Shown: positions 1 through 12,187 of the stretch, in pieces
Position numbering within the stretch: the stretch's first letter is position 1
Layout: each line of letters starts with the position of its first letter
NCBI GenBank assembly: GCA_963701295.1
Contig: OY969585.1
Span: 1,984,001 to 2,048,000 of the forward strand
Reading direction: 5' to 3'
Length of the DNA stretch: 64,000 nucleotides
From: Ignavibacteriota bacterium
Lineage (GTDB): Bacteria > Bacteroidota > Ignavibacteria > UBA10030
Notes under the pieces: model-generated
Database searches by the model: none
Told to the model about the DNA's origin: nothing
What the model saw: the letters and a program-made list of their open reading frames with translations, nothing else
Made by a program: the position numbers and the translations under genes

Positions 1-2081
1 AAAGTATGTCTGGCGCAACAGGAGAACTGATTGAGAATCCGATCATTGCAAACTTCCGCGAAGGCCTATCGATTCTTGAATACTTTATTTCGACGCATGG
101 CGCACGTAAAGGTCTTGCCGATACCGCATTGAAAACAGCCGATGCTGGGTACCTCACGCGCCGACTCGTTGACGTTGCTCAAGATGCAATCATTGGTGAA
201 ATCGACTGTGGAACGATCAAAGGTGTATCAACCAGCGCATTGAAAGAGGCAGAAGATATTAAGGAACCATTGACTGAGCGGATACTCGGTCGCGTCTCCC
301 TCCAAGATATTATCGATCCAATTTCAAATGATGTGATTGTCCAGGGTGGTGAGCTTATCGACGAGGACAAGGCGCAGCAGATTTCTGAAACATCTATCGA
401 GACGGTTATTATCCGTTCAGTACTTACATGCGACTCTCGCCGTGGTGTATGCGCAAAATGCTATGGCCGCGATCTTACGACGGGAAATCTCGTAGAGCCG
501 GGTATGGCGGTTGGTGTTATTGCCGCACAATCGATTGGAGAGCCTGGTACACAATTGACATTGCGTACGTTCCATACGGGTGGAACGGCAAGTCTTATTG
601 CTGCACAATCACAAGTCGTTTCTAAATTTGACGGGCGCATCAAATACGCCGGTATCAAATTCATCGAATTCACAAAGGAAGGTGATAACCGGTTGATGGT
701 TTCTGGACGAAGCGGTGTCCTGAACGTGCTAGATAACGACAATCGAATTCTCACAAAATATGATGTTCCGTATGGTGCAACCTTATTGGTTCGAGATGAT
801 GCAAAGGTTGCAAGAGGCGAACTTGTCTATGAATGGGATCCATATAACGCGGTGATCGTTTCTGAACATAGTGGTACAATTCAGTATGTCGATATGAAGG
901 AGAAAGTAACTTATCGAGAAGAGCCGGATGAGCAAACGGGACACATTCAGAAAGTAGTCATTGATAGCCGCGAGAAAACTCTAATTCCAGCTATTGCGAT
1001 CGTCAACAAGAAGGGTCAGAAGGTTGCATCGTATCCTATTCCCACACGTGCACACGTCAATGTTGATAACGGAGAGGAAATCCAGGCTGGCTCTATTTTA
1101 GTCAAGATCCCGCGTGATATTGGCAAGACGCGTGATATCACTGGTGGTCTGCCCCGTGTAACGGAACTCTTCGAAGCACGGCACCCAACCGATCCGGCAG
1201 TCGTTGGTGAAATCGATGGAACAGTTACTCTTGGTCAGCCGAAACGCGGTTCACGAGAAGTATTCATCGAGAGTGCGGATGGTAAGGACAAGCGCACATA
1301 TCTTGTTCCGCTTGGCAAGCATCTTCTGGTTCAGGAAGGTGATTTGATTCGGGCAGGCGAACGCATGTCGGCGGGCTCGATTGATCCTCATGATGTTCTC
1401 CGCATTAAAGGAACGACTGCAGTGCAGGAATACCTGGTGAACGAAATTCAAGAAGTTTATCGGATGCAGGGCGTTAAAATTAATGACAAACACATTGAAG
1501 TCATCGTGCGGCAAATGATGCAAAAAGTTCGAATCGCTGATCCGGGCGACACAAAGTATCTCGAAGGTGATCATGCTGACAAGAACCAGTTGCATGACGA
1601 GAATGATGGTCTCATCGACAAAATCGTTATCGTTAACAAGGGAGATGCAAAACTGAAAAACGGACAATTACTATCCAAGAAGAATGTGCGAGAGACAAAT
1701 AGCGACCTCAAGAAGAGATCTAAAAAGGTTGTTGATTTTCGCGATGCTTTACAGGCTACATCAGATCCTATTCTTTTAGGCATTACTCAGGCATCTCTTA
1801 CAACGGATAGTTGGATCTCTGCGGCTTCGTTCCAGGAAACCACAAAGGTATTGACTGATGCAGCCATTGCAGGAAAGAACGATCATCTTCTTGGTCTGAA
1901 GGAAAATGTTATTATGGGTCACCTTATTCCTGCAGGAACAGGACAGAAGAAGTTCAAGGATATTATTGTCACTGCCCCTGAACCGATGCTGCCTGGCGCG
2001 ATGGAGGAGGTTTCCGAAGAAGCAAATATTTCAGAAGTCGAAACGAGGAAACCGAAACGAAAGATCAAGGTTATAGATTAG
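1..2081 (+). CDS. rpoC: RNA polymerase beta' subunit, C-terminal part (5' end outside window)
   Basis: Bridge helix [29 protein letters not shown], trigger loop [15 protein letters not shown]...[26 protein letters not shown]. Confidence 0.99.
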   Translation, partial: SMSGATGELIENPIIANFREGLSILEYFISTHGARKGLADTALKTADAGYLTRRLVDVAQDAIIGEIDCGTIKGVSTSALKEAEDIKEPLTERILGRVSLQDIIDPISNDVIVQGGELIDEDKAQQISETSIETVIIRSVLTCDSRRGVCAKCYGRDLTTGNLVEPGMAVGVIAAQSIGEPGTQLTLRTFHTGGTASLIAAQSQVVSKFDGRIKYAGIKFIEFTKEGDNRLMVSGRSGVLNVLDNDNRILTKYDVPYGATLLVRDDAKVARGELVYEWDPYNAVIVSEHSGTIQYVDMKEKVTYREEPDEQTGHIQKVVIDSREKTLIPAIAIVNKKGQKVASYPIPTRAHVNVDNGEEIQAGSILVKIPRDIGKTRDITGGLPRVTELFEARHPTDPAVVGEIDGTVTLGQPKRGSREVFIESADGKDKRTYLVPLGKHLLVQEGDLIRAGERMSAGSIDPHDVLRIKGTTAVQEYLVNEIQEVYRMQGVKINDKHIEVIVRQMMQKVRIADPGDTKYLEGDHADKNQLHDENDGLIDKIVIVNKGDAKLKNGQLLSKKNVRETNSDLKKRSKKVVDFRDALQATSDPILLGITQASLTTDSWISAASFQETTKVLTDAAIAGKNDHLLGLKENVIMGHLIPAGTGQKKFKDIIVTAPEPMLPGAMEEVSEEANISEVETRKPKRKIKVID

Positions 2082-2107
2082 TTTTTTGTTGTCTTGAGGT
2101 TTTTGCA

Positions 2108-2136
2108 TTGACTTCTAAATCAAAAAACATTATATT
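2108..2136 (+). promoter_or_regulatory. Sigma70-type promoter of str operon
   Basis: TTGACT-17 nt-TATATT upstream of rpsL. Confidence 0.75.
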
Positions 2137-2184
2137 AAACAACTTGTACTTCATGTTGAAGTAGAAAATTCGGAGAATGTAGAG

Positions 2185-2565
2185 TTGCCGACGGTCAATC
2201 AACTTGTGAAAGAAAGTCGAGAAAAGGTGTTGTGGAAAAGTAAATCACCAGCTCTCGATGGTAATCCTCAGAAAAGAGGAGTTTGCACGCGTGTGTATAC
2301 TACGACACCCAAAAAACCTAATTCAGCATTACGTAAAGTTGCACGTGTTCGTTTGACGAATGGTATTGAAGTTACAGCATATATCCCCGGTGAAGGGCAC
2401 AATCTTCAAGAGCATTCTATCGTCCTTATTCGAGGCGGAAGAGTTAAGGATTTACCTGGTGTGCGTTATCATATTATTCGCGGCACGTTAGATACTCAGG
2501 GCGTGCAAGATCGAAAACAAGGACGTTCAAAATACGGAGCTAAAAAGCCAAAGCAGCAAGCTTGA
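2185..2565 (+). CDS. rpsL: 30S ribosomal protein S12
   Basis: [20 protein letters not shown]; TTG start after GGAG. Confidence 0.99.
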   Translation: MPTVNQLVKESREKVLWKSKSPALDGNPQKRGVCTRVYTTTPKKPNSALRKVARVRLTNGIEVTAYIPGEGHNLQEHSIVLIRGGRVKDLPGVRYHIIRGTLDTQGVQDRKQGRSKYGAKKPKQQA

Positions 2566-2571
2566 TTATCG

Positions 2572-3039
2572 ATGAGAAAAAAAAGAGCCATACGTCGACG
2601 GGTGACGCCGGATCCAAAGTTCGGTGATGAACTTATTTCCCGCTTTGTCAATAGTGTATTACAAGATGGAAAAAAGAACATAGCCCGTACAATCGTCTAC
2701 AGCGCCCTAGAACAAATAGCGCAAAAGACAGATAAGAATCCGTTAGATATATTTAAAAAAGCAGTGGACAATGCTTCTCCACTCATTGAAGTAAGAGCAC
2801 GAAGAGTTGGCGGTGCAACCTATCAGGTGCCTACAGAAGTTCGTCTCGAGCGACGAACCGCTCTCGCAATTCGTTGGCTGATCAATTACGCCCAAGAACG
2901 CTCGGATAAGTCGATGTCGCAAAAGCTCGCGGCGGAATTACTTGCTGCGTCTTCTGGTGAAGGCGGTGCGGTGAAGAAAAAAGATGATGTACACCGTATG
3001 GCTGAAGCCAATAAAGCTTTCGCACATTTCAGGTGGTAG
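2572..3039 (+). CDS. rpsG: 30S ribosomal protein S7
   Basis: RRVGGATYQVP, MAEANKAFAHFRW. Confidence 0.99.
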   Translation: MRKKRAIRRRVTPDPKFGDELISRFVNSVLQDGKKNIARTIVYSALEQIAQKTDKNPLDIFKKAVDNASPLIEVRARRVGGATYQVPTEVRLERRTALAIRWLINYAQERSDKSMSQKLAAELLAASSGEGGAVKKKDDVHRMAEANKAFAHFRW

Positions 3040-3118
3040 AGTTTTAGTGTTTTATTGTTTCATGTAACCTGTATGGTCGGCAAATGCTGATTTTACGGGA
3101 TGGAGTATGTAATAATTT

Positions 3119-5221
3119 ATGCCTCGTGAGTATTCTTTAGAAAAAACTAGAAACATCGGTATTATGGCGCACATTGATGCCGGTAAGACGACTACGACGG
3201 AGCGAATTCTGTTTTATACGGGCCGTTTGCATCGTCTTGGTGAAGTTCATGACGGCGCTGCAACGATGGATTGGATGGAGCAAGAAAAAGAGCGTGGTAT
3301 CACGATCACCAGTGCTGCAACGACATGTTTCTGGCGCCAGCATCTCATCAATATTATTGATACCCCAGGTCACGTTGATTTTACAATTGAAGTTGAGCGT
3401 TCGCTTCGCGTACTCGATGGTGCTGTTGCTTTGTTCTGTTCGGTTGGTGGTGTGGAACCGCAATCCGAAACAGTGTGGCGGCAGGCTGATAAGTATGGTG
3501 TGCCCCGTATCGCATTTGTGAATAAGATGGATCGTGCAGGAGCAGATTTCCTTGGCGTAGTGGATATGATGAAGACTCGTCTGAAAGCAAATGCTGTTCC
3601 GATACAATTACCGGTTGGCGAAGGCGACATGTTTGCAGGTATCATAGATTTGATCTCAATGAAGGCTCGCATGTATCACGAAGATACACAGGGTGCGACG
3701 TGGGATGAAATAGAAATACCGGAAAAATTAAAATCGAGAGCAAATGAATATCGAATCAAGATGCTTGAAGCGGTTGCAGATGAAGATGATAAGCTGCTTG
3801 AAAACTATCTTGAAGGAAAAGAAATCTCACCCGAAGAAGTTCGCCGGGTACTAAGACGCTCTACAATAAAAGGTGGCATCATTCCTGTCCTTTGTGGTTC
3901 TTCATTCAAGAATAAAGGTGTTCAAGATTTGATGGACGCGGTTGTCGATTTATTACCGTCCCCATTAGATATCAACACTGGAGAAATTCATGGTCACCAT
4001 CCTCACCGGCATGACGATGTTGTACGGCAGGTAAGTGACACAGAAAAATTTACGGCATTGGCGTTTAAAATTATGAGCGATCCTTTTGTCGGGCGATTAA
4101 CGTATTTTCGTGTCTATGCCGGAACACTCTCTGCGGGTTCGTATGTCCACAATGTTGTCTCTGATAGGAAGGAACGCATTGCGCGTATTCTTCGGATGCA
4201 CGCGAATCACCGTGAAGAAATCCAGGAAGCATATGCAGGTGATATTGTTGCTGCCATCGGATTGAAAAATACTCGTACGGGTGATACACTGGCAACTGAA
4301 GACGATCCAATCGTGCTCGAACGGATGGAGTTTCCTAAACCGGTTATCGATGTTGCAATAGAACCAAAGACGAAGTTAGATTTGGAAAAACTGGGCGAGG
4401 CAATGCAGCGTCTTGCTGAAGAAGATCCAACATTCCGTATCTCAACGAACGAAGAAACAGGGCAGACGATTATTAGCGGTATGGGTGAGTTACATCTCGA
4501 AATTATTATTGACCGGATGAAACGTGAATTTAAAGTCGAGGCAAATGTCGGCAAACCGCAAGTTGCATATAAAGAAACGATCACCAAGAAGGTGACGGCA
4601 GAAGGCAAGTTCATTCGTCAGTCGGGTGGACGCGGTCAATTCGGACATGTCTGGATCGATATTGAGCCGAATGAAAAAGGCAAGGGTTTCGAATTTGAGA
4701 ACGATGTTGTTGGCGGCTCGGTGCCGAAAGAATATATCAAGCCGGTTGAGCAGGGGATTATTGAAGCAATGCGTAATGGCGTCCTTGCAGGTTATCCCGT
4801 AGAAGATATTAAGATTAGATTATTCGATGGTTCCTTCCATGCGGTCGATTCATCGGAAATGGCATTTAAGATTGCGGGTTCTATGGCGTTCCAAGAGGGA
4901 GCGAAAAAAGCTGGACCCATTCTTCTCGAACCTGTGATGGCAGTAGAAGTCGTGACACCAGAAGAATATCTTGGTGATGTCATGGGAGATCTCAATTCAC
5001 GCCGCGGCAAAATTGAAGGAATGGGATCTCGAAAAGATGCTCAAGTCGTAACAGCGCATGTGCCGTTATCTGAGATGTTTGGATATGCAACACAAGTTCG
5101 TTCGATGACTCAGGGACGCGCGCTCTACACAATGCAATTTTCACACTATGAACCAGTGCCGAAGAGCATTGCGGAACAGATTGTTGAAAAGGTTCGCGGT
5201 AAAAGTAACGTCGCTGCATAA
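3119..5221 (+). CDS. fusA: Elongation factor G
   Basis: [29 protein letters not shown]; str operon position. Confidence 0.99.
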   Translation: MPREYSLEKTRNIGIMAHIDAGKTTTTERILFYTGRLHRLGEVHDGAATMDWMEQEKERGITITSAATTCFWRQHLINIIDTPGHVDFTIEVERSLRVLDGAVALFCSVGGVEPQSETVWRQADKYGVPRIAFVNKMDRAGADFLGVVDMMKTRLKANAVPIQLPVGEGDMFAGIIDLISMKARMYHEDTQGATWDEIEIPEKLKSRANEYRIKMLEAVADEDDKLLENYLEGKEISPEEVRRVLRRSTIKGGIIPVLCGSSFKNKGVQDLMDAVVDLLPSPLDINTGEIHGHHPHRHDDVVRQVSDTEKFTALAFKIMSDPFVGRLTYFRVYAGTLSAGSYVHNVVSDRKERIARILRMHANHREEIQEAYAGDIVAAIGLKNTRTGDTLATEDDPIVLERMEFPKPVIDVAIEPKTKLDLEKLGEAMQRLAEEDPTFRISTNEETGQTIISGMGELHLEIIIDRMKREFKVEANVGKPQVAYKETITKKVTAEGKFIRQSGGRGQFGHVWIDIEPNEKGKGFEFENDVVGGSVPKEYIKPVEQGIIEAMRNGVLAGYPVEDIKIRLFDGSFHAVDSSEMAFKIAGSMAFQEGAKKAGPILLEPVMAVEVVTPEEYLGDVMGDLNSRRGKIEGMGSRKDAQVVTAHVPLSEMFGYATQVRSMTQGRALYTMQFSHYEPVPKSIAEQIVEKVRGKSNVAA

Positions 5222-5271
5222 AGTTTTTTAATATGAATGAGTAATTACATCTAATTAAAGGAGATCAACAC

Positions 5272-6483
5272 ATGGCAAAGGAAAAATTTGACCGTAGTAA
5301 GCCGCACGTAAATGTCGGTACGATCGGCCACGTTGACCACGGAAAGACCACTCTGACGGCTGCTATCACTATGGTGCTTGCCAAGAAGGGTCTCTCTGCA
5401 GTTCGTACATTCGATTCAATTGACAATGCTCCAGAAGAAAAAGCGCGTGGTATAACGATTAATACCGCGCACGTTGAGTATTCTACTGAAAAGCGTCACT
5501 ATGCGCATGTGGATTGCCCGGGTCACGCCGATTATATCAAGAATATGATCACTGGTGCCGCTCAAATGGACGGTGCCATTGTCGTCGTAGCAGCAACCGA
5601 TGGCCCGATGCCGCAAACTCGCGAGCATATTCTTCTTGCTCACCAGGTAAACGTTCCAAAGATTGTTGTGTTTATGAATAAAGTTGATGCAGTTGATGAT
5701 CCAGAGTTGTTGGACCTTGTTGAAATGGAAGTTCGTGATCTTTTAAAAAAGTATGATTTCCCCGGTGATGAAATTCCTATCATCCGCGGTTCAGCATTGA
5801 AGGCGATGGAAGCAGCTCTTCACCCAGAAACGAAAGTTGATGATCCGCGATTCAAGTGCATTATGGATTTGATGGATGCGGTTGATTCATACATCCCGTT
5901 ACCAGCTCGTAATATTGAAAAGCCGTTCTTGATGCCGATTGAAGATGTGTTTTCTATTACCGGTCGTGGTACAGTCGGAACAGGTCGTGTTGAACGAGGT
6001 CGTGCAAAGGTCGGTGATGAAGTAGAGGTGATAGGTCTTGGTGCGCATAAGAAGACCGTCATCACAGGCGCTGAAATGTTTCGCAAGGAATTGGATGAAG
6101 TTGTAGCAGGTGATAATGCGGGACTCCTATTACGTGGAATTGAAAAAGATGAACTCGAACGCGGTATGGTTGTCGCCAAGCCGGGATCGATTACACCGCA
6201 CACGAAGTTCACTGCACAGATTTACGTATTGAAGAAAGAAGAAGGTGGGCGTCATACACCATTCTTAACTGGTTATCGTCCTCAATTCTACTTCCGCACT
6301 ACTGATGTGACGGGTGTTGCAGAATTGCCCGCCGGAGTCGAAATGGTGATGCCGGGTGATAATCTTGATGCAATTAACATCGAGTTGATCTCCCCCATCG
6401 CAATGGAAGAAGGACAGCGATTTGCGGTTCGTGAAGGCGGACGCACAGTTGGTGCAGGTGTTATTGGAAAAATCATAAAATAA
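5272..6483 (+). CDS. tuf: Elongation factor Tu
   Basis: [34 protein letters not shown]. Confidence 0.99.
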   Translation: MAKEKFDRSKPHVNVGTIGHVDHGKTTLTAAITMVLAKKGLSAVRTFDSIDNAPEEKARGITINTAHVEYSTEKRHYAHVDCPGHADYIKNMITGAAQMDGAIVVVAATDGPMPQTREHILLAHQVNVPKIVVFMNKVDAVDDPELLDLVEMEVRDLLKKYDFPGDEIPIIRGSALKAMEAALHPETKVDDPRFKCIMDLMDAVDSYIPLPARNIEKPFLMPIEDVFSITGRGTVGTGRVERGRAKVGDEVEVIGLGAHKKTVITGAEMFRKELDEVVAGDNAGLLLRGIEKDELERGMVVAKPGSITPHTKFTAQIYVLKKEEGGRHTPFLTGYRPQFYFRTTDVTGVAELPAGVEMVMPGDNLDAINIELISPIAMEEGQRFAVREGGRTVGAGVIGKIIK

Positions 6484-6543
6484 AATATCGTTTATTCTGC
6501 TCTTGGAAGAAATCGAGAGCGGAGAGTAGTCTAGGAGTCTTCC

Positions 6544-6852
6544 TTGGCTGGACAAAAAATAAGAATAAAGCTAAAATCGTTCGATCATAACCTGATCGAC
6601 AAGTCTGCGGAAAAGATCATCAAGACTGTAAAATCTACAGGTGCGATAGTATCAGGACCGATTCCGTTGCCAACAAAGCGCAGCCTCTATACGGTCAATC
6701 GTTCTCCACACGTTGACAAAAAGTCGCGAGAGCAATTCGAGACACGATCGCACAAGAGATTGATAGATATTCTCAACTCCACAAGTCGTACGGTTGATGC
6801 ATTAATGAAATTGGAGCTTCCTGCAGGTGTTGATGTTGAGATTAAAGTCTAA
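6544..6852 (+). CDS. rpsJ: 30S ribosomal protein S10
   Basis: [21 protein letters not shown]; TTG start after AGGAG. Confidence 0.99.
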   Translation: MAGQKIRIKLKSFDHNLIDKSAEKIIKTVKSTGAIVSGPIPLPTKRSLYTVNRSPHVDKKSREQFETRSHKRLIDILNSTSRTVDALMKLELPAGVDVEIKV

Positions 6853-6975
6853 TTCGGCAGAATAGAGTTCTTTGAAGTGGAAGTGTAATGAGAACGGCAA
6901 TCCCTTTGTGAACGTTCTCACTTTGGATGACTGAGCTAATGGCTCATGCGTAAAAGACGCAAAGGAGTAGAAACA

Positions 6976-7605
6976 GTGAGTGGTATTCTAGGCAAAAAAA
7001 TTGGAATGACAAGTCTCTTCGATGAGAATGGCGAGGTAGTTCCTTGTACCGTCATCGAAGCAGGTCCGTGTTACGTGACACAGGTCAGAACCAAAGAGAA
7101 AGATGGGTATGAAGCAGTCCAACTTGGTTTTGATGAAAAAAGAGATCGTCTTGTCAACAAGCCGCTGAAGGGACACTTCGCAAAAGCAGCAACGAAGATG
7201 TTGCGTCTCATGCGCGAGTTCAAAGGGTTCAATGGAACTCAATTGAAAGCTGGCGATGAAATCAAAGTGGATATGTTTCTCCCAGGCGATATTGTTGATG
7301 TAAGCGGAAAATCGAAGGGTCGTGGATTTCAAGGCGTAGTGAAACGCCACCATTTTGGCGGCGTCGGTATGACAACACACGGTGCATCAGATCGTGTTCG
7401 TGCTCCTGGATCTATCGGTGGAAGTTCATATCCATCACGCGTCTTCAAAGGTATGCGAATGGGTGGTAGGATGGGATTTGAGCGTGTTACGGTCAAGAAT
7501 CTGAAAGTTGTGAAGGTTATTCCGGAATCCAATATTCTCATTATTCGCGGTTCGGTTCCTGGTGCGATTAACGGGTATTTGGAAATTGAGAAGAAACATC
7601 ATTAA
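6976..7605 (+). CDS. rplC: 50S ribosomal protein L3
   Basis: [18 protein letters not shown]; GTG start at 6976 after AAGGAG preferred over the ORF-track ATG. Confidence 0.97.
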   Translation: MSGILGKKIGMTSLFDENGEVVPCTVIEAGPCYVTQVRTKEKDGYEAVQLGFDEKRDRLVNKPLKGHFAKAATKMLRLMREFKGFNGTQLKAGDEIKVDMFLPGDIVDVSGKSKGRGFQGVVKRHHFGGVGMTTHGASDRVRAPGSIGGSSYPSRVFKGMRMGGRMGFERVTVKNLKVVKVIPESNILIIRGSVPGAINGYLEIEKKHH

Positions 7606-7631
7606 GAGCTGCCTTGTAAGGAAAAAGTATT

Positions 7632-8261
7632 ATGCAGGTTGATGTCTATAAAATAGATGGCACATTAAGCGGAATAACGGTCGAACTTGATCCGAAAATT
7701 TTTGAGATCGAACCGAGTGATCATGCTATCTATCAAGCTGTGCGAAGCATTCAGGCAAATAAACGCCAGGGCACGCATAAAGTGAAGGGACGCAGCGAAG
7801 TGAGCGGCGGCGGCAAAAAACCATTCAAACAAAAGAAGACAGGTCGTGCTCGCTCCGGATCAACACGCTCCCCGTTGTGGGTCGGCGGCGGTTCAATCTT
7901 TGGACCAACTCCTCATGAGTATTCGATTAGTCTTCCGATTAAAGTTCGCAGGCTTGCCCGCAAATCTGCTCTAAGCTATAAAGCGAAGGATGGAGCTATT
8001 AAGGTGGTTGAAGATTTTCAGTTTGATGAAGTGAAAACGAAAAGAATGTCTTCGGTGTTGAAAGCTCTTGCTATCGACAAGCAAAAAACATTATTACTGA
8101 CAAGAGGACCGGATCAAACACTAGTGAAATCAGGACGCAATATCGAAAAACTGCAGGTACGCGAGGCGGACAAAGCTTCGACATTTGAAATTCTCAAGAA
8201 CCAGGTGCTTCTGATTCAAAAGAGCGCTGTGGATTTGCTGCAACAATCTTTGAAGAACTAG
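7632..8261 (+). CDS. rplD: 50S ribosomal protein L4
   Basis: RQGTHKVKGRSEVSGGGKKPFKQKKTGRAR. Confidence 0.98.
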   Translation: MQVDVYKIDGTLSGITVELDPKIFEIEPSDHAIYQAVRSIQANKRQGTHKVKGRSEVSGGGKKPFKQKKTGRARSGSTRSPLWVGGGSIFGPTPHEYSISLPIKVRRLARKSALSYKAKDGAIKVVEDFQFDEVKTKRMSSVLKALAIDKQKTLLLTRGPDQTLVKSGRNIEKLQVREADKASTFEILKNQVLLIQKSAVDLLQQSLKN

Positions 8262-8272
8262 GACAACAAGCA

Positions 8273-8563
8273 ATGATAGGTATTCTCGTTCGACCGATTA
8301 TCACAGAAAAAATGACGGAACTTGGTGAAAAACGTCAATACGCATTTGAGGTTCCGATTTCTGTGAATAAGATAGTAGTCGGTAAGGCTATCGAAAAGAA
8401 ATTTAGCGTTAAAGTAACAAGCATTCGAACTGTGCTCGTCAAGGGCAAACGTAAGAGCCAGATGACACGTCGCGGCCGTTTTGAAGGACACACCAAGACA
8501 TGGAAAAAAGCGATCGTAACGCTCAAAGAAGGCGATAAAATCGATTATTTCGGTAACGTCTGA
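8273..8563 (+). CDS. rplW: 50S ribosomal protein L23
   Basis: RPIITEK, WKKAIVTL; operon order. Confidence 0.98.
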   Translation: MIGILVRPIITEKMTELGEKRQYAFEVPISVNKIVVGKAIEKKFSVKVTSIRTVLVKGKRKSQMTRRGRFEGHTKTWKKAIVTLKEGDKIDYFGNV

Positions 8564-8583
8564 TTGTGAAAGTATAAGAGACT

Positions 8584-9417
8584 ATGGCAATTCGAAAATT
8601 ACGACCAATGACTCCAGCGACGAGATTCTATTCAATCTCGACGTTCGAAGAGATAACAAAAAAAGAGCCTGAAAAAGCACTGCTCGAGTCGAATAAGAAA
8701 TCAGGTGGACGAAATAATCTTGGACGCATCACTTCGCGGCATCGCGGTGGTGGGCATAAACGTCAGTACCGCATTATTGATTTCAAACGAGATAAACATG
8801 GTATCGTTGGAACAATTGCTGCTATAGAGTACGACCCGAATCGTGCTGCTCGTATTGCGCTCGTGCATTATCCCGATGGCGAGAAACGATATATTATCGC
8901 TGCTACGGGAATGAAAGTTGGTACAAAAATTGTTTCCGGTCCCCAAGCTGAAGTTGATCTTGGGAATGCACTTCCATTGAAAAATATTCCTGCGGGCACA
9001 TTTATATATAACGTCGAAATGTTTCCAGGTAAAGGCGGACAGGTTGGTCGTAGTGCGGGCAATTCCTTGCAGGTGATGGCGAAAGAAGATGATTGGGTTT
9101 CACTTAAAATGCCTTCAGGAGAAATTCGTAAGTTTATTTCAGGGTGCTATGCAACTATCGGTACTGTCGGCAATGCAGATCACGAGAACATCAGCCTCGG
9201 AAAAGCCGGACGCTCTCGCTGGCTCGGCATTCGTCCACAGTCACGTGGTATGGCAATGAACCCAGTGGACCACCCGATGGGTGGCGGTGAAGGTCGTTCA
9301 AAGAGCGGCGGCGGAGGGCAGCATCCTGAATCGCCGTGGGGCAAGTATGCTAAAGGTTTAAAGACGCGCAAGCGGAAGAATCAATCAAACAAATATATCA
9401 TTAAACGTCGTAAATAG
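8584..9417 (+). CDS. rplB: 50S ribosomal protein L2
   Basis: [31 protein letters not shown]. Confidence 0.99.
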   Translation: MAIRKLRPMTPATRFYSISTFEEITKKEPEKALLESNKKSGGRNNLGRITSRHRGGGHKRQYRIIDFKRDKHGIVGTIAAIEYDPNRAARIALVHYPDGEKRYIIAATGMKVGTKIVSGPQAEVDLGNALPLKNIPAGTFIYNVEMFPGKGGQVGRSAGNSLQVMAKEDDWVSLKMPSGEIRKFISGCYATIGTVGNADHENISLGKAGRSRWLGIRPQSRGMAMNPVDHPMGGGEGRSKSGGGGQHPESPWGKYAKGLKTRKRKNQSNKYIIKRRK

Positions 9418-9430
9418 TTGGTAAGCACCT

Positions 9431-9718
9431 ATGAGCCGTTCAATCAAAAAGGGGCCGTATATTGACCTCAAATTACAGGGTAAAATAGAAGTACTCAACA
9501 AGACAAACCAGAAGCGTGTCGTGAAAACCTGGTCGCGATCGAGTACCATCATCCCAGAATTTGTTGGACATACCTTCGCAGTACACAACGGAAATAAATT
9601 CATTCCGGTGTATATCCATGAAGCGATGGTGGGACATAAGCTTGGTGAGTTTGCACCAACCCGAGTATTTCGTGCACATCCGGGCATCAAGAGCGAAAAG
9701 ACGACGGCACCAGCGTAA
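9431..9718 (+). CDS. rpsS: 30S ribosomal protein S19
   Basis: [20 protein letters not shown]. Confidence 0.99.
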   Translation: MSRSIKKGPYIDLKLQGKIEVLNKTNQKRVVKTWSRSSTIIPEFVGHTFAVHNGNKFIPVYIHEAMVGHKLGEFAPTRVFRAHPGIKSEKTTAPA

Positions 9719-9742
9719 GAACTGTTTGTTGAAGAGTGAACC

Positions 9743-10186
9743 ATGGAAACAAAAGCAATTAATAGATATATCGGAACTTCACCGCGTAAGATGCGCTTGG
9801 TTATTGACTTGATTCGCGGTAAAGAAGTAGAAGAGGCGTTGAGTATTCTTCACTTCACAACGAAACACGCCGCAAAAATGGCGGAAAGAGTTCTTCGGTC
9901 AGCGATCTCTAATGCTCAGAATAAAGAAGAGAGCGGGCGCCTGGACACAGCCACTTTGTTTATTAAGGAAGCGTTTGTCAATGGCGGAGCAATGACGAAG
10001 CGGGTGATGCCTGCGCCCATGGGGCGAGCATTCCGTGTGCGAAAACGTTCGAATCATATTACCATCGTGTTGGCACAGCGCGAACAAGCAAAGAAGCCGG
10101 CACCAAAAACAAAAGCGGTAGTTGAAAATAAAAAAGCCGCATCAAAGAAATCGGAAACAGCATCAAAAGAAGTAACCGAAAGTTAA
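9743..10186 (+). CDS. rplV: 50S ribosomal protein L22 with Lys/Ala-rich C-terminal tail
   Basis: SPRKMRLVIDLIRG, MGRAFRVRKRSNHIT. Confidence 0.98.
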   Translation: METKAINRYIGTSPRKMRLVIDLIRGKEVEEALSILHFTTKHAAKMAERVLRSAISNAQNKEESGRLDTATLFIKEAFVNGGAMTKRVMPAPMGRAFRVRKRSNHITIVLAQREQAKKPAPKTKAVVENKKAASKKSETASKEVTES

Positions 10187-10198
10187 TCGGAGGATCAC

Positions 10199-10834
10199 TT
10201 GGGCCAAAAAACTCATCCAGTTGGATTTCGTCTCGGAATCGTGCGTGCATGGGATTCAAACTGGTACGATGATAAAAGCTTTTCAGGCAAATTGCAGGAA
10301 GATATTGTAGTACGGAACTATGTTCGAAACAGGTTGAAAAAAGCAGGTATTGCACGAGTTCAGATTGATCGAACTCCTAAACGCGCAGTAGTCACCATTC
10401 ACACGTCACGGCCCGGCATTGTGATTGGCAAGAGTGGTAAAGAAATTGCTCAGCTGGAAGAAGAACTGAAAAAAGTGACATCAAAAGAAATTAAAATTCT
10501 TATCCATGAAATCAAACGCCCAGAATTAGATGCCTATCTTGTGGCAGAAGCCATTGCCGGACAGCTGGAAGGAAGAATTTCGTTCCGCCGCGCAATGAAA
10601 CAATCGATTACCGCTGCTATGCGCATGGGTGCTGAAGGAATTAAGGTAATGTGCGCAGGGCGTCTTGGTGGCGCAGAAATCGCGCGAACGGAGCACTATA
10701 AGGACGGACGTATTCCTTTGCAGACGCTTCGGGCAGATATCGATTATGCAGGTGCAACCGCGAACACTATTTACGGAACCATTGGTGTCAAAGTATGGAT
10801 CTGCAAAGGTGAAATCATCGGATCGCGGTCATAA
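10199..10834 (+). CDS. rpsC: 30S ribosomal protein S3
   Basis: [33 protein letters not shown]; TTG start after GGAGG. Confidence 0.99.
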   Translation: MGQKTHPVGFRLGIVRAWDSNWYDDKSFSGKLQEDIVVRNYVRNRLKKAGIARVQIDRTPKRAVVTIHTSRPGIVIGKSGKEIAQLEEELKKVTSKEIKILIHEIKRPELDAYLVAEAIAGQLEGRISFRRAMKQSITAAMRMGAEGIKVMCAGRLGGAEIARTEHYKDGRIPLQTLRADIDYAGATANTIYGTIGVKVWICKGEIIGSRS

Positions 10835-10847
10835 GGAGTGTTGAGTT

Positions 10848-11270
10848 ATGTTGATGCCAAAGAGAGTAAAATTTAGAAAAGCCCAGCGCGGACGGATGAA
10901 GGGAAAAGCGACGCGCGGTGCAACGATTGCATTTGGTGATTTTGGTTTGAAGGCGATGGAACCAGGGTGGGTAACTCAGCGCCAGATTGAAGCATCACGT
11001 GTTGCACTGACCCGTATGATGAAACGCGAAGGCAAAGTATGGATTCGCATTTTTCCTGATAAGCCGGTTACAAAGAAGCCTGCAGAGACTCGTATGGGAA
11101 GCGGTAAAGGATCGCCGGAATTTTGGGTAGCAGTAGTGAAACCAGGCCGGGTTTTATTTGAGTTGGGTGGAATCAACCGCACAACCGCAGCAGAAGCAAT
11201 GAAGCTTGCAGCACACAAGCTCGCGATTAAAACAAGGTTTGTCACTCGTATTGATTATCAGGGTGCATAA
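10848..11270 (+). CDS. rplP: 50S ribosomal protein L16
   Basis: [18 protein letters not shown]. Confidence 0.99.
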   Translation: MLMPKRVKFRKAQRGRMKGKATRGATIAFGDFGLKAMEPGWVTQRQIEASRVALTRMMKREGKVWIRIFPDKPVTKKPAETRMGSGKGSPEFWVAVVKPGRVLFELGGINRTTAAEAMKLAAHKLAIKTRFVTRIDYQGA

Positions 11271-11282
11271 GAGGGTAAAGCG

Positions 11283-11513
11283 ATGAAGGCACATGATTTG
11301 CGACAACTCTCGGACGCAGAACTGCTGAAGAGAATTCAAGAGGAAGAAGAGAACCTGTCCCATCTAAGATTTCAGAAAGTCATTGGACAGTTAGAGAACC
11401 CGATGAAGTTAGGCCATGTTCGTAAGACTATTGCACGAATCAAAACGATTCTTCGCGATCGACAACTAAATCCATCAACCGAACAACCCGCGCAGGTTGA
11501 GCAACAAAAGTAA
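11283..11513 (+). CDS. rpmC: 50S ribosomal protein L29
   Basis: LRFQ...GQLENP...RKTIARIKT. Confidence 0.97.
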   Translation: MKAHDLRQLSDAELLKRIQEEEENLSHLRFQKVIGQLENPMKLGHVRKTIARIKTILRDRQLNPSTEQPAQVEQQK

Positions 11514-11519
11514 TGTGAG

Positions 11520-11804
11520 ATGAAGATGACAGAAGCACAAAAGGAAAATCTGAAACGCGCACGGCGCAAAGTTCGAATCGGCAAAGTGGTTAGTAATAAG
11601 ATGGCAAAGAGTATCATAGTTGCGGTTGAGCGACAGGTTGCACATGCGCTCTATAAGAAAATATTCCGGCTTACTACCAAGTTGATGGCGCATGACGAGA
11701 AACAAGAAGCTGGTATCGGAGATATAGTGAAAATTATGGAAACCCGCCCGATGAGCGCATGTAAGCGCTGGCGATTGGTGGAAATTATTCAAAAAGCGAA
11801 GTAG
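11520..11804 (+). CDS. rpsQ: 30S ribosomal protein S17
   Basis: [23 protein letters not shown]; start could be 11526. Confidence 0.97.
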   Translation: MKMTEAQKENLKRARRKVRIGKVVSNKMAKSIIVAVERQVAHALYKKIFRLTTKLMAHDEKQEAGIGDIVKIMETRPMSACKRWRLVEIIQKAK

Positions 11805-11813
11805 GCGAAGACG

Positions 11814-12182
11814 ATGATCCAGGAAGAAACTAATTTAGTTGTTGCCGATAATTCGGGCGCAAAAAAAGTACGATGCATCCGCGTCCTCGGTGGCCACGAT
11901 AGGCGTTATGCCAGTGTTGGTGATCTCATTGTGGTGTCCGTGAAGAGTGCTATTCCCGGTGCTCCTGTAAAAAAAGGAGAGGTATCGCGCGCCGTTGTTG
12001 TACGAACGAAGAAGGAAATTCGACGTAAGGATGGTTCCTACATCCGCTTCGATGAAAATGCAGCTGTGTTGCTTAATGCCTTGGGCGAACCACGCGGAAC
12101 GCGTATCTTTGGTCCGGTTGCACGAGAATTACGTGAACGTCAATTTATGAAAATTATTTCCTTGGCACCTGAGGTGCTCTAA
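11814..12182 (+). CDS. rplN: 50S ribosomal protein L14
   Basis: [28 protein letters not shown]. Confidence 0.99.
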   Translation: MIQEETNLVVADNSGAKKVRCIRVLGGHDRRYASVGDLIVVSVKSAIPGAPVKKGEVSRAVVVRTKKEIRRKDGSYIRFDENAAVLLNALGEPRGTRIFGPVARELRERQFMKIISLAPEVL

Positions 12183-12187
12183 AAATT

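Noticed and set aside
2185-2565. Streptomycin-resistance substitutions in S12
   Set aside because: PKKPNSA and RVKDLPG are wild type.
6946-6975. ORF-track N-terminal extensions of rplC (also rpoA 20049, TonB receptor 23592, btuB 34448, fumarase 45147, ybaK 47215)
   Set aside because: Downstream starts match homology onset and mostly have clear SD motifs; the extensions overlap other genes, spacers or the riboswitch.
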